Position numbers and translations under genes: made by a program
Assembly: GCA_965223345.1 (NCBI GenBank)
Contig: CBDCWG010000012.1
Span: 1,984,001-2,048,000 of the forward strand
DNA length: 64,000 nucleotides
From: Nitrospinales bacterium
Lineage (GTDB): Bacteria; Nitrospinota; Nitrospinia; Nitrospinales; VA-1
Direction of reading: 5' to 3'
Notes under the pieces: model-generated
The model's database searches: none
The model's input: only the letters and a program-made list of their open reading frames with translations
What the model was told of the DNA's origin: nothing
In this document: one piece after another, positions 1 through 8,836 of the stretch
How the letters are laid out: the number at the start of each line of letters is the position of its first letter
How positions within the stretch are numbered: position 1 is the first letter of the stretch

Positions 1-690
1 GTCGCTGAGCTTATTGAGATTGTCCCATTCCAGGTTCTGCGCGCCGCTGTCTCCCAGGTAGATGAAGACCAGGGTTTTGTCCTTTAAGGAAGTGGAAAAG
101 GCTTCCTCCAGCTCCCGGCGGCGGTTTTTGCCTTTGCGCGCGATGAAACCCACTTCCTGCTTGTTCTCGATCAGCGGCGTGTCGATGTGGCATTGCGGCA
201 AGATCTGCATCGAGGCCTGGGCGTATTCCTCGCGCAGCGATTGCAGCAGGTGCTTCCATTTCTGCGCCTGCGGCAAGCGAGAGTGGATGTCGTACCAGGT
301 GAAGTTGGCGATGAGCAGCGTCGGGATGCCCAGCGCGCGGCCGGCCTTCAACGGCGCGCTGGCGATGTCGGTCACGATGAGGTCGATGTGGTTTTCCTCC
401 AGCCAGCGCGACTCGGCATCGATCCGTTGCGCGGCGTTCTGGGAAAACTGTTCGAGGGCCTGAAAGGTTTTGGCGACGTCGATGCGGATGAAATCCTGCT
501 GGATGCATCCCACGTCGATGGGTTCGGCGATGTGCTGGTAGTCGCCTTTCAGGTAGATGCCGAAGTATTGCGAAGGGATCTCGGACTTGATGTGGACGCC
601 GTATTTTTCCAGCAGCTTTTCGAGAATCACCGTGGAGCGGGCCGCGTGCCCGTAACCGTGCGCACTTATATAATAAGCGATGCGTTTGAT
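1..690 (-). CDS. Glycosyltransferase-like (GT-B, GT28/arabinokinase-N-terminal-like) protein, runs off the left edge
   Basis: Frame not listed in the ORF track reads IKRIAYYISAHGYGHAARSTVILEKL...PIDVGCIQQDFIRIDV...DLIVTDIASAPLKAGRALGIPTLLIANFTW; the HGxGH and GIPxxxIxNFTW motifs are typical. Apparent start is ATC at 690 after AGGA. Confidence 0.75.
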   Translation of the reverse strand, partial: MKRIAYYISAHGYGHAARSTVILEKLLEKYGVHIKSEIPSQYFGIYLKGDYQHIAEPIDVGCIQQDFIRIDVAKTFQALEQFSQNAAQRIDAESRWLEENHIDLIVTDIASAPLKAGRALGIPTLLIANFTWYDIHSRLPQAQKWKHLLQSLREEYAQASMQILPQCHIDTPLIENKQEVGFIARKGKNRRRELEEAFSTSLKDKTLVFIYLGDSGAQNLEWDNLNKLSD

Positions 691-741
691 GGTGTTTCCT
701 GGTGAGAGGGTGCGAGGCGGTCCGGGACGGGCCGGGAAGCC

Positions 742-1410
742 TCAGGATTTTTCGGATTCGGGTTTTTTGGCTTTGTACTCGAACTGACACATCTGCCCCA
801 GCTTGCGGAACAGGTTGGTGAGCTTCAGATCGACGTATTCCTCACGCGCTTTCCAGGGAAGCTGGTCGAACATGCAGGCGGTTTCGATGTAATCGGTCCT
901 GCCGAAGCGAATGAAGAACTCGGCGAACCAGCATTTCTTCATTTTGTAGGTCCAGCGTTTCTCGTCGGCTTTTTTGTGCTCCAGCAGAAAATGCTGCCAG
1001 GTGTGGGTTTCATCGACGAGGGGCTGCTGGTTGTCCACGAACGCTTTGAACGGATTGTCTGCGCCGCGTTCCGCCTCCACCAGTTTGTCGCGCTCCGGTT
1101 TCTGCCAGGCATCGAGAGCGGCGGTGATGTTTTCCCGGGCCCGGTCCACACGGATGTTGTAGTCGTCCAGGATGTTGTGGCTGGCGTACATGAAGATCCC
1201 CACGGTGGTCAGGAACTGCTCCTCCGGGGGCAGCGTGTCGCCGTTTTCGTACTTCCACAGCTCGATGAAGCGTTTGCGGAACAGGTCTTTATCGATGTCC
1301 GTTCCCTCGACGTTCAGATGTTCGAGGATGGGCTCGAAACGGGCTGCGATTTCAGAGTCCTGGGCGGTTTCCGGGGTTTCGGTTTGTTCGTTCATCGTCT
1401 CGGGGCTCAC
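742..1410 (-). CDS. Hypothetical protein with ATC-hydrolase-like (L-2-amino-thiazoline-4-carboxylate hydrolase family) C-terminal domain
   Basis: 222-aa ORF; KKCWFAEFF..FG...ETACMFD...GQMCQFEY cysteine pattern resembles that family. Confidence 0.55.
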   Translation of the reverse strand: MSPETMNEQTETPETAQDSEIAARFEPILEHLNVEGTDIDKDLFRKRFIELWKYENGDTLPPEEQFLTTVGIFMYASHNILDDYNIRVDRARENITAALDAWQKPERDKLVEAERGADNPFKAFVDNQQPLVDETHTWQHFLLEHKKADEKRWTYKMKKCWFAEFFIRFGRTDYIETACMFDQLPWKAREEYVDLKLTNLFRKLGQMCQFEYKAKKPESEKS

Positions 1411-1664
1411 TCGGGCAAGAAGGGCTGACGCGTTTAAAAAGTTTTATTTCAAAGATTTTATTTTTTAAAATAGCATATCCCCAAATTCCGGATCAAGCAG
1501 AATAGCAGGGGCCGGGCACCCCGTAAAAATCCGTATGCCCTTGATATAAAAGTAAATCGGGGAATCATGGAATCCTTTTTGCGCAAAATCAATCCTATCT
1601 GGCTTGGGGGCGCATGGGAATGAACGGGCGGCGGGTTCCCGCGAAATGAAAGAATATCCGATTG

Positions 1665-2777
1665 ATGAAGCAGACTGAATACGATGTGGTGGTGATCGGG
1701 GCGGGCGTGATCGGTCACAGCACGGCTTTCCGGCTCAAGCGCACGCAGCCGCGGCTTGCGGTCGCGGTGCTGGGAGACCCGGTGAACTCGCTCATGGCGT
1801 CGCGGGCGGCGGCGGGGATGCTGGCCCCGTTCGGGGAATGCAGCGAGGCGGACCGGTTTTTCGAATTCTGCCGCCAGTCGCTGGACATGTTTCCCGCCTT
1901 CATCGACGAACTGGTTTCGGTGAGCGGAACGCCGGTGCACCTTTCGATGCGGGGATCGCTCATGCCCTCCTTCATGTTCGAGGGCGCGTGGGACGAGCGC
2001 AAGCGGTTTTTCCGCGAGCAGAACATCCCGCACGAGGTGTGGCCGCAGCAGACCGTGCGGGAGCGCGCTCCGTACCTTTCCGAGCGCTGCGGCGAGGTGT
2101 TGTGGGTGGGCGAGGGCCAGGTCAACAACCGCCAGATGCACGACGCCCTGGCTCAGGCGGCGGAGCGCCTGGGGATCGATGTGCTGGGGCAGAATGTGAC
2201 CGGCTTCCTCAAAAACGGAACCTGTCTGGAAGGCGTTCGCACCGATTCGGGCGCGGTGCGCGGGCAAAAATTCCTGCTGGCGTCCGGCAGCTGGTCGAAG
2301 GAGCTGGGCGACGTGCTCGGGGTCTCGATGCCGCTCAAACCCATCAAGGGGCAGATGTGCCGGGTGAAAGCCGAGCCGAACCGGCTGCCCTACACGGTGC
2401 ACGGCCTTTTGACCTACATCGCGCCCTGGCAGGAGGGGCAGGGTTTCGTGCTCGGTTCGACGATGGAAGACCGCGGTTTCGACGCCTCGGTGGAAGCGGA
2501 CGTCATCCAGAAGCTGATCGACAACGCGGCGGCGATCCTGCCCTGCATACGCGAAGCGCCGCTCATCGAGTCCTGGACCGGGCTGCGGCCGGCGGCCGAG
2601 GACCTGATGCCGGTGATGGGAAAAAGCGCGCGCTACCCGAACCTGTATTATTCGACCGGGCATTTCAGGAACGGAATTTTGCAGACCCCCAACCAGGCCG
2701 AGTACATGGCCGGGGTCATTCTGGAAAGCGGGCAACAGGAAATCCCGGAATTTTCTCCCGGACGTTATGACCTTTGA
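1665..2777 (+). CDS. thiO: Glycine oxidase (FAD-dependent, ThiO)
   Basis: DVVVIGAGVIG FAD motif, ASRAAAGMLAP, PIKGQ, WTGLRP, TGHFRNGILQTP. Confidence 0.85.
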   Translation: MKQTEYDVVVIGAGVIGHSTAFRLKRTQPRLAVAVLGDPVNSLMASRAAAGMLAPFGECSEADRFFEFCRQSLDMFPAFIDELVSVSGTPVHLSMRGSLMPSFMFEGAWDERKRFFREQNIPHEVWPQQTVRERAPYLSERCGEVLWVGEGQVNNRQMHDALAQAAERLGIDVLGQNVTGFLKNGTCLEGVRTDSGAVRGQKFLLASGSWSKELGDVLGVSMPLKPIKGQMCRVKAEPNRLPYTVHGLLTYIAPWQEGQGFVLGSTMEDRGFDASVEADVIQKLIDNAAAILPCIREAPLIESWTGLRPAAEDLMPVMGKSARYPNLYYSTGHFRNGILQTPNQAEYMAGVILESGQQEIPEFSPGRYDL

Positions 2778-2798
2778 TTCTTGTTTGTGCAGGCAACG

Positions 2799-4160
2799 AT
2801 GACGACGACGTTTAAAACCGATGCGGATCTGGTGCGGGATTTCCACAACGTGTGGCATCCCTGCACGCAGAGCAAGGATCACGAAACCACGCCGCCGCTT
2901 CTGATCGAACGGGCCGAGGGGCTGTATCTTTACGACCGGGACGGCAAGGCCTACCTCGACGTCATCGCCTCCTGGTGGGTGAACCTATTCGGCCACAACC
3001 ACCCGCGCCTCAACGCGGCGATCAAAAACCAGTTGGAAAAGGTGGCGCACGTGATGTTCGCAGGCGTCACCCACAAACCGGCGATCGACCTCGCCGCAAA
3101 ACTGGTGGAGCTCACACCGGACAATCTCGGCAAGGTGTTCTTTTCGGACAACGGCTCGACATCGATCGAGGTCGCGTTGAAGATGAGCCTGCAGTACTGG
3201 CTGCAGAGCGGGCAGGGCGAGCGCAACCGCTTTGTGTATGTGAAAGGCGGCTATCATGGGGAAACGCTGGGCGCGCTTTCCGTGTGCGGGCTGGATCTGT
3301 TTCGCGACAAGTTCGAGCCGGTGCTGGCGCGTCATATCGAGGTTGCGGGGCCCGACTGCTACCGCTGCCCGTACGGGCTCAAGCGCGAAAGCTGCGATGC
3401 GGAATGCTTCGAGCCGATGGAACAAACGCTCGCCGAAAAGCACCGCTCCGTCGCCGCGGTCATCATCGAACCTCTGGTGCAGGGTGCCGCGGGCATGAAG
3501 ATGTACCCGCCGCGTTACCTGGAAAAGCTCATGCAGGCCTGCGATGCGTACGGGGTGCACAGCATTTTCGACGAGATCGCCGTCGGGTTCGGCCGTACGG
3601 GCGGATTGTTCGTGTGCGGCGATCTCAACCTCAGGCCGACGTTTCTGTGCCTGTCCAAAGGGATCACCTCCGGCTACCTGCCGCTGGCGGTGACCCTCAC
3701 CGAGGATGCGATCCACGCGGCGTTTTACGACGACTTTGCGACGATGAAGTGGTTCATCCACAGCCACAGCTATTCGGCGAACCCGCTGGCTTCGGCCTGC
3801 GCGAACGAGACGCTCGCGCTGTTGACGGAGCCCGGATTCTGGCAGGATCTTGCACCGAAGATGCAGGCGCTGGCGGAGTGCGGCAAAGTGTTTGCAGGAA
3901 TGCCGGGTGTCGGCGAGTTTCGCCAGACCGGGATGATCGCGGCGGTGGAGCTGGTGCGCGATGCGGTGAGCAAGGAACCGTTCGCCCTGGAGGAGCGCGT
4001 GGGGTACCGGATTTATCTTGAAGGGCTGAAGCGCGGCGTCTTCATGCGCCCGCTGGGCAACGTGATCTACTTCATTCCGCCGCTGACAATTTCGGTTGAA
4101 CAAATACAATTCATGATCGATACTGCCCGCGACTGCATCCGCGCCGTGCTCGAAAGGTAA
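2799..4160 (+). CDS. bioA: Adenosylmethionine-8-amino-7-oxononanoate aminotransferase
   Basis: VWHPCTQ, SWWVNLFGH, DNGSTSIEVALKM, YHGETLGA, IFDEIAVGFGRTG, LSKGITSGYLP, HSHSYSANP, MRPLGNVIY. Confidence 0.93.
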   Translation: MTTTFKTDADLVRDFHNVWHPCTQSKDHETTPPLLIERAEGLYLYDRDGKAYLDVIASWWVNLFGHNHPRLNAAIKNQLEKVAHVMFAGVTHKPAIDLAAKLVELTPDNLGKVFFSDNGSTSIEVALKMSLQYWLQSGQGERNRFVYVKGGYHGETLGALSVCGLDLFRDKFEPVLARHIEVAGPDCYRCPYGLKRESCDAECFEPMEQTLAEKHRSVAAVIIEPLVQGAAGMKMYPPRYLEKLMQACDAYGVHSIFDEIAVGFGRTGGLFVCGDLNLRPTFLCLSKGITSGYLPLAVTLTEDAIHAAFYDDFATMKWFIHSHSYSANPLASACANETLALLTEPGFWQDLAPKMQALAECGKVFAGMPGVGEFRQTGMIAAVELVRDAVSKEPFALEERVGYRIYLEGLKRGVFMRPLGNVIYFIPPLTISVEQIQFMIDTARDCIRAVLER

Positions 4161-4163
4161 CCC

Positions 4164-4532
4164 ATGTATGAAGTGAAGGTGGAGACGAAATTTTCCGCGG
4201 CGCACCAGCTGCGCGGCTACGACGGCAAGTACGAAAACCTGCACGGCCACAACTGGGGCGCGACGGTGATCGTCGAGGCCGAATCCCTGGATTCCATCGG
4301 CGTGGGCATCGATTTCGTCGTGCTCAAGCAGAAGGTCGAGGCGATCCTCGCGAAACTCGACTACAAAAACATCAACGAAATCCCGCCCTTCGACACGCAG
4401 AACCCTTCTGCGGAAAACATCGCGCGCTGGGTGTTCGAGCAGTTGAGCTCCGACATCAACGCGCAAGGCCGCCGCGTCAAGCGGGTGGAGATCCGCGAGA
4501 TGGACGAATGCGGTGCGGCTTACTTTGAGTGA
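4164..4532 (+). CDS. queD: 6-carboxytetrahydropterin synthase (QueD/PTPS family)
   Basis: FSAAHQLRGYDGKYENLHGHNW, IDF, NPSAENIA. The usual Cys of CxxxHGH is replaced by Tyr (KYENLHGH). Confidence 0.85.
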   Translation: MYEVKVETKFSAAHQLRGYDGKYENLHGHNWGATVIVEAESLDSIGVGIDFVVLKQKVEAILAKLDYKNINEIPPFDTQNPSAENIARWVFEQLSSDINAQGRRVKRVEIREMDECGAAYFE

Positions 4533-4545
4533 TTCTGGTTTGTCG

Positions 4546-4595
4546 TCCTGAGTCCTTCGGCAGAACTTGTCCTGAGCTTGCCGAAGGACTCAGGA
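4546..4595. repeat. REP-like palindromic element between convergent genes
   Basis: 17-bp inverted repeat TCCTGAGTCCTTCGGCA...TGCCGAAGGACTCAGGA containing core CCTGAGCTTGCCGAAGG, related to the element at 11416. Confidence 0.7.
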
Positions 4596-4622
4596 TGGCT
4601 CAGGGTGCTGCCCTTCCGGTTG

Positions 4623-5723
4623 TCAATCCAGAGGAAAGGTCATCACGATGCCGCCCATGACGTCGTTGAGTTTGAAATCCTTTTTCGGGCTCTCGGGATG
4701 GTTGTTGTGGCAGCTCACGCAGGCCTGGGTGACCGCGAAGTCCGGGTACACCGCCTGAAAATATGTCCGGCCTCCCACCGTGCGGTGGTCGTGGAACGGC
4801 CGGGTCGGGTGGCGGATGACGTACTTCAGGCCGTTGCGTTCGAACTCGTTGGCTGGGCCGTTGTGCTTGTTGATGGGCCAGGAGCTGATGAGCTTGAAGT
4901 CCAGGCCCAGGTCCTTGTTGAGGATCAGGTCGGAAGCGTTGAGCAGAAACTGCGCCGGCAGCAGCAGCGCGTTGTCCTCCCACCAGTTTTCCGAAGCGAA
5001 GACGATGTTTTTTCCCTGCAGACGGTTGACGATGTATTCCGAGTAGACCTTGCGGTCCGAATCGAGGACGGAATGGATGTAATCGGCGACCACCTCCGAA
5101 GGGATGAGGATGTCGTTTTCATCCTTGACGTTTTTGATGTTGTCCACCGGCATGGTGATCGAGATGCCGCCCATGACGTCGTTGAGTTTGAAGTCGTTTT
5201 TGGAGGTCTGGGGGTGGTTGTTGTGGCAGTTGACGCAGGCTTTGGTGACCGCCTTGTCCGGATACAGGGCTTTGTAGAAGGTCTTTCCCCGCACCAGCAC
5301 GGTTTTCGCGTAGGGCTTGTCGGGGTTTTTCGCCACTTCCTCCAGCCCCTTTTTTTCGAACTGGGTCTGCGGGCCGTTTTTGGGGTTGATCGGCCAGAGG
5401 CTGAGCAGCCGGTAGGTCATACCCACTTCCCGGGCGTTGGAGGTCTGCGAGGACAGCAGCAGAAACTGCGCCGGAAGCAGCAGGGTGTCTTCTTTTTCCC
5501 AGTGTTCCGTGGCTTTGAGGTCGATGGTCACGCCCATGCGTTCGACGATCACTTCCGAATAGATCGTCCTGCCTGCTTCGATGACCGAATGGATGTATTC
5601 CGCGGCGACGCGGGCGGGGATGCCGCGTTTGTTCTCCTGCGCCGCAAGCGAGCGCGGCACGCAGGTCAGGATGGATAGAACGAACAGCCAGGCCAAAAAC
5701 CGGACACAAGATCGTGTGCGCAT
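4623..5723 (-). CDS. Secreted di-heme c-type cytochrome with two tandem DUF3365/Tll0287-like domains
   Basis: Signal peptide MRTRSCVRFLAWLFVLSILTCVPRSLAA; two homologous halves, each with LLLPAQFL, LxSxWPIN, YPDxAVTxACVxCHNNH, DFKLNDVMGGI. Confidence 0.85.
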   Translation of the reverse strand: MRTRSCVRFLAWLFVLSILTCVPRSLAAQENKRGIPARVAAEYIHSVIEAGRTIYSEVIVERMGVTIDLKATEHWEKEDTLLLPAQFLLLSSQTSNAREVGMTYRLLSLWPINPKNGPQTQFEKKGLEEVAKNPDKPYAKTVLVRGKTFYKALYPDKAVTKACVNCHNNHPQTSKNDFKLNDVMGGISITMPVDNIKNVKDENDILIPSEVVADYIHSVLDSDRKVYSEYIVNRLQGKNIVFASENWWEDNALLLPAQFLLNASDLILNKDLGLDFKLISSWPINKHNGPANEFERNGLKYVIRHPTRPFHDHRTVGGRTYFQAVYPDFAVTQACVSCHNNHPESPKKDFKLNDVMGGIVMTFPLD

Positions 5724-5853
5724 GATTTTCCCAGGTCGAAAGTTGTCTTGCGAGGTTCGGACCGCAAACACAGAATGCGTCGGTTGCAGAAACCGGGGCC
5801 GTCCCTGAGGACGGCCCCCTCGTTTTTGAGCATTGTAACGTTTTCGGCGCGCT

Positions 5854-5994
5854 TCACTCAATGTGCTTGCGGGTGAAAAAGAAGATGGCGATGCCGATCA
5901 CGGCGATTCCCGCCACGATCATCATTGCCGTCATGTCGCTGCCGAAATCCAGCCATTGCATGGTGCTTTCAGGTTTCGTATCCAGTTGATTCAC
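5854..5994 (-). CDS. 46-aa single-pass membrane protein (below the ORF-track cutoff)
   Basis: AAGGAGG RBS upstream of GTG at 5994; MNQLDTKPESTMQWLDFGSDMTAMMIVAGIAVIGIAIFFFTRKHIE*, hydrophobic helix followed by RK. Confidence 0.7.
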   Translation of the reverse strand: MNQLDTKPESTMQWLDFGSDMTAMMIVAGIAVIGIAIFFFTRKHIE

Positions 5995-6319
5995 GGTGAC
6001 GGTCCTCCTTTTGACTTAAATGAATGAATGACTTCAATGGCATTTCTGTCAAAATGTCACTCTGGAGACCTATCCTCACAATTTCGTCCCCGGCCCGGAT
6101 TTTGTCAATAGACAATGGACGCCTTCGGGGCCGGGAAGCGGCTCCGGAATGTGCCGCTGGCGGCGCGAAAACGCCGCTTTTTTTATCGGAAGGCCATGAT
6201 TTTATTTTGCTAGGCCATTCTTTGGGGATGGCTATAATGAGTCCGCCGGATGCGCACAGACTGCCCGGAAACCGGGCATCCGGCGGGGGGCCGATTCATT
6301 AACGACGGGGATGCATTGA

Positions 6320-8323
6320 ATGGAACAGATCATCAAGGATTTGGCGATTCTTCTCCTGGTTTCGCTGCCGATCAACATCGTTTTCCATAAAATCAAGCTC
6401 CCTTCCATCATGGGGTTCCTGGTGGCCGGCATGATCATCGGCCCCAGCGGGCTGCAATTGATTGAGGCCACCGAGTCGGTGGAAAAACTGGCGGAGATCG
6501 GAGTGATCCTGCTGCTGTTCGTGATCGGGCTGGAATTTTCCCTGCGCTACCTGCTGAAAAACCTGGCGGTGGTGCTTGGGGTCGGATTTTTGCAGCTCGG
6601 GCTGACGGGGGTCCTGGTGTTTTTCGCCTTCGACGCCTTGGAATTTCCGTTGAACCAGAGCGTGCTGATGGCGCTTTTGATTCCTCTGAGCAGCACGGCG
6701 GTGGTGCTCAAGATGATCACCGACCGCGCTGAGATCGACACGCTGCACGGCCGCATCTGCATCGGAACCCTGCTTTTTCAGGATCTGTGCGTGGTCCCGA
6801 TGATGCTGGTGATCCCGTTGCTCGCGCGATCGGGGGACCTTTCGCCGGTGGATTTCGGCATCGCGCTCACCAAATCGATCGCCGCGGTGGCGGTCATCTT
6901 TTTTCTGGCGCGCCTTATCGTGCCGCGTTCCCTGGAGGCCATCGCCAGAATGGGGAACAAGGAGCACCTGACGCTGTTCGTCATCTTCATCATCCTGGGA
7001 ACGGGCTGGGTTTCCGAGAGCATGGGCCTGACTCTGGCGATGGGGGCGTTCATCGCCGGGATGATCATCTCCGAATCCGAGTACAGCCACCAGATTGTGC
7101 TAGACATCCTGCCGCTCAAGGATTACTTCGTCAGCATCTTCTTCATCTCCGTCGGTATGCTGCTTCAGGTCGAGGTGTTTTTCGCGTCGGCGGGCGTTTT
7201 TCTCAAATGGACCTTTGCTGCGATCGGCCTCAAGCTGGCGGTGGCGTTCTTCGCAGCCCTCATATTCAGCCGGTCTTTCCGCAACGCGCTCATCGTCGGC
7301 GTGCGTCTGGCGCAGGTGGGGGAATTTTCCCTGTTGCTGGCGGCGCTAGCCCTGAAGAAGGGATTGTTCCTGCCGGAGCAGTACCAGTCGTTTTTGATCG
7401 TCTCCATCCTGACGCTGCTGTCGGCGCCCCTGCTCATTCAGGTTTCGGCGGGGGCGGCGATGGCGCTGCAATCGCTTTTCAGCGGCAAACCGGTTGCGGA
7501 GGAGGAAACCGCTCTCGCGGAAGAGACGCAGATCTCCGATCACGTCATCATCTGCGGGTTCGGTCTGGTGGGGCGCAATCTTTCGCGGGTGCTCAAGGAA
7601 ACCAACACACCGTTCGTGGTGCTCGACCTGGACGGGGAGATCATCCGCCAGGCGCTGCAGCAGGACATTCAGGCCCAGTTCGGCGACTACACACAGCGCG
7701 AAACGCTGATCCGCGCGGGCATCCACAAGGCGCGGATGATCGTGTTCACCGTGCCCGACACGCTGGCGGCGGAGCAGGCGGTGCGGCTCTCGCGCAGCCT
7801 CAATCCGGATGTCTATATCCTGGTGCGGGTTCCCTACGCGTCCCAAGTCGAGGAGATGAACGCAGCCGGAGCCGATCAGGTGATCCCGGAGGAATTCGAG
7901 ACCTCGGTGGAGATTTTTTCCCGCGTCCTGCGGGAATACCACATTCCCAACAACGTGATCGAGCAGCAGGTGGAGCTGGCGCGGCTGGAGGGCTACAGCA
8001 TGTTTCGCGGGCTGTCGCTGAACCTGGAGAGCATGCAGAAGTTTTCCACCTACCTCACGGCGAGCCTCACCGAATCCTTCCACGTGCAGGAGGATTCGTG
8101 GTGCCATGAAAAATCGGTCGCCGAGCTGGGGCTCACGACCGGCGCCGACGCCAAGCTGATTGCGGTGGTGCGCGGAAACGACATCCACGCCAACCCGGAG
8201 GAAGCGTTTCGGCTGCGGATGGGGGACATCGTCATTTTATTCGGCCGGCACGCGCCGCTCAACCGGTCCATCCGCACGCTGCGTTTTGGAACGGAGGACC
8301 CAAAGAAAAATCAGGAAGGATAA
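6320..8323 (+). CDS. CPA2-family cation:proton antiporter with TrkA-N and TrkA-C domains (Kef-type)
   Basis: LAEIGVILLLFVIGLEFS, SSTAVVLK, LLFQDL, GAFIAG, AQVGEFS, HVIICGFGLVG, C-terminal RCK-C domain. Confidence 0.9.
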   Translation: MEQIIKDLAILLLVSLPINIVFHKIKLPSIMGFLVAGMIIGPSGLQLIEATESVEKLAEIGVILLLFVIGLEFSLRYLLKNLAVVLGVGFLQLGLTGVLVFFAFDALEFPLNQSVLMALLIPLSSTAVVLKMITDRAEIDTLHGRICIGTLLFQDLCVVPMMLVIPLLARSGDLSPVDFGIALTKSIAAVAVIFFLARLIVPRSLEAIARMGNKEHLTLFVIFIILGTGWVSESMGLTLAMGAFIAGMIISESEYSHQIVLDILPLKDYFVSIFFISVGMLLQVEVFFASAGVFLKWTFAAIGLKLAVAFFAALIFSRSFRNALIVGVRLAQVGEFSLLLAALALKKGLFLPEQYQSFLIVSILTLLSAPLLIQVSAGAAMALQSLFSGKPVAEEETALAEETQISDHVIICGFGLVGRNLSRVLKETNTPFVVLDLDGEIIRQALQQDIQAQFGDYTQRETLIRAGIHKARMIVFTVPDTLAAEQAVRLSRSLNPDVYILVRVPYASQVEEMNAAGADQVIPEEFETSVEIFSRVLREYHIPNNVIEQQVELARLEGYSMFRGLSLNLESMQKFSTYLTASLTESFHVQEDSWCHEKSVAELGLTTGADAKLIAVVRGNDIHANPEEAFRLRMGDIVILFGRHAPLNRSIRTLRFGTEDPKKNQEG

Positions 8324-8356
8324 ACGCCAAGAAGAACCGCAACAGGGGAGAAAAGC

Positions 8357-8824
8357 ATGAAGGTGAAAGAGCTGATGACGAAGGAAGTGATGACCGTCGA
8401 TGTGGAGGATAAGGTGGACAAGGTGTTTTATCTTTTCAACTTTCAGAATATCCGCCACGTGCCCGTGCTTGAAAATGGCAAGCTGGCGGGCATCCTGTCG
8501 GACCGGGATCTGAAAAAAGTCCTGGGGCCGGTGAAAAAATCCGTGCAGAAACTCGACGGCACGTCGATCACGATTTCCGCCCGCAAAGTGAAGACGATCA
8601 TGAGGCGGCGGCCGGTCACCGTCGAGCCGGAGCAACGGGCGGCGGACGCGGCGGCCATCATGGCGAAACGCAAAATCGGGGCGCTGCCGGTGGTGCACAA
8701 GGGAAAGCTGGTCGGCATTCTCACCTCCACCGACATTCTCAAGGCCTTCGTCAAGCTCTGCAATCTGCTGGAACCCTTCGGTAAGACGGAAAAGACGGAA
8801 AAGGCGGCGAAGAAGCGGAAGTGA
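8357..8824 (+). CDS. CBS-domain pair protein
   Basis: VKELMTKEV, IRHVPV..GKLAGILSDRDL, KIGALPVV..GKLVGILTSTDIL. Confidence 0.9.
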   Translation: MKVKELMTKEVMTVDVEDKVDKVFYLFNFQNIRHVPVLENGKLAGILSDRDLKKVLGPVKKSVQKLDGTSITISARKVKTIMRRRPVTVEPEQRAADAAAIMAKRKIGALPVVHKGKLVGILTSTDILKAFVKLCNLLEPFGKTEKTEKAAKKRK

Positions 8825-8836
8825 AAAGGTCCGGGC

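Noticed and set aside
11..790. 259-aa minus-strand ORF in the track
   Set aside because: Arg/His-rich shadow frame; the convincing protein is in another minus frame starting at about 690.
2799..4160. PLP enzyme as the missing serine palmitoyltransferase
   Set aside because: Motifs are class-III aminotransferase BioA, not alpha-oxoamine synthase.
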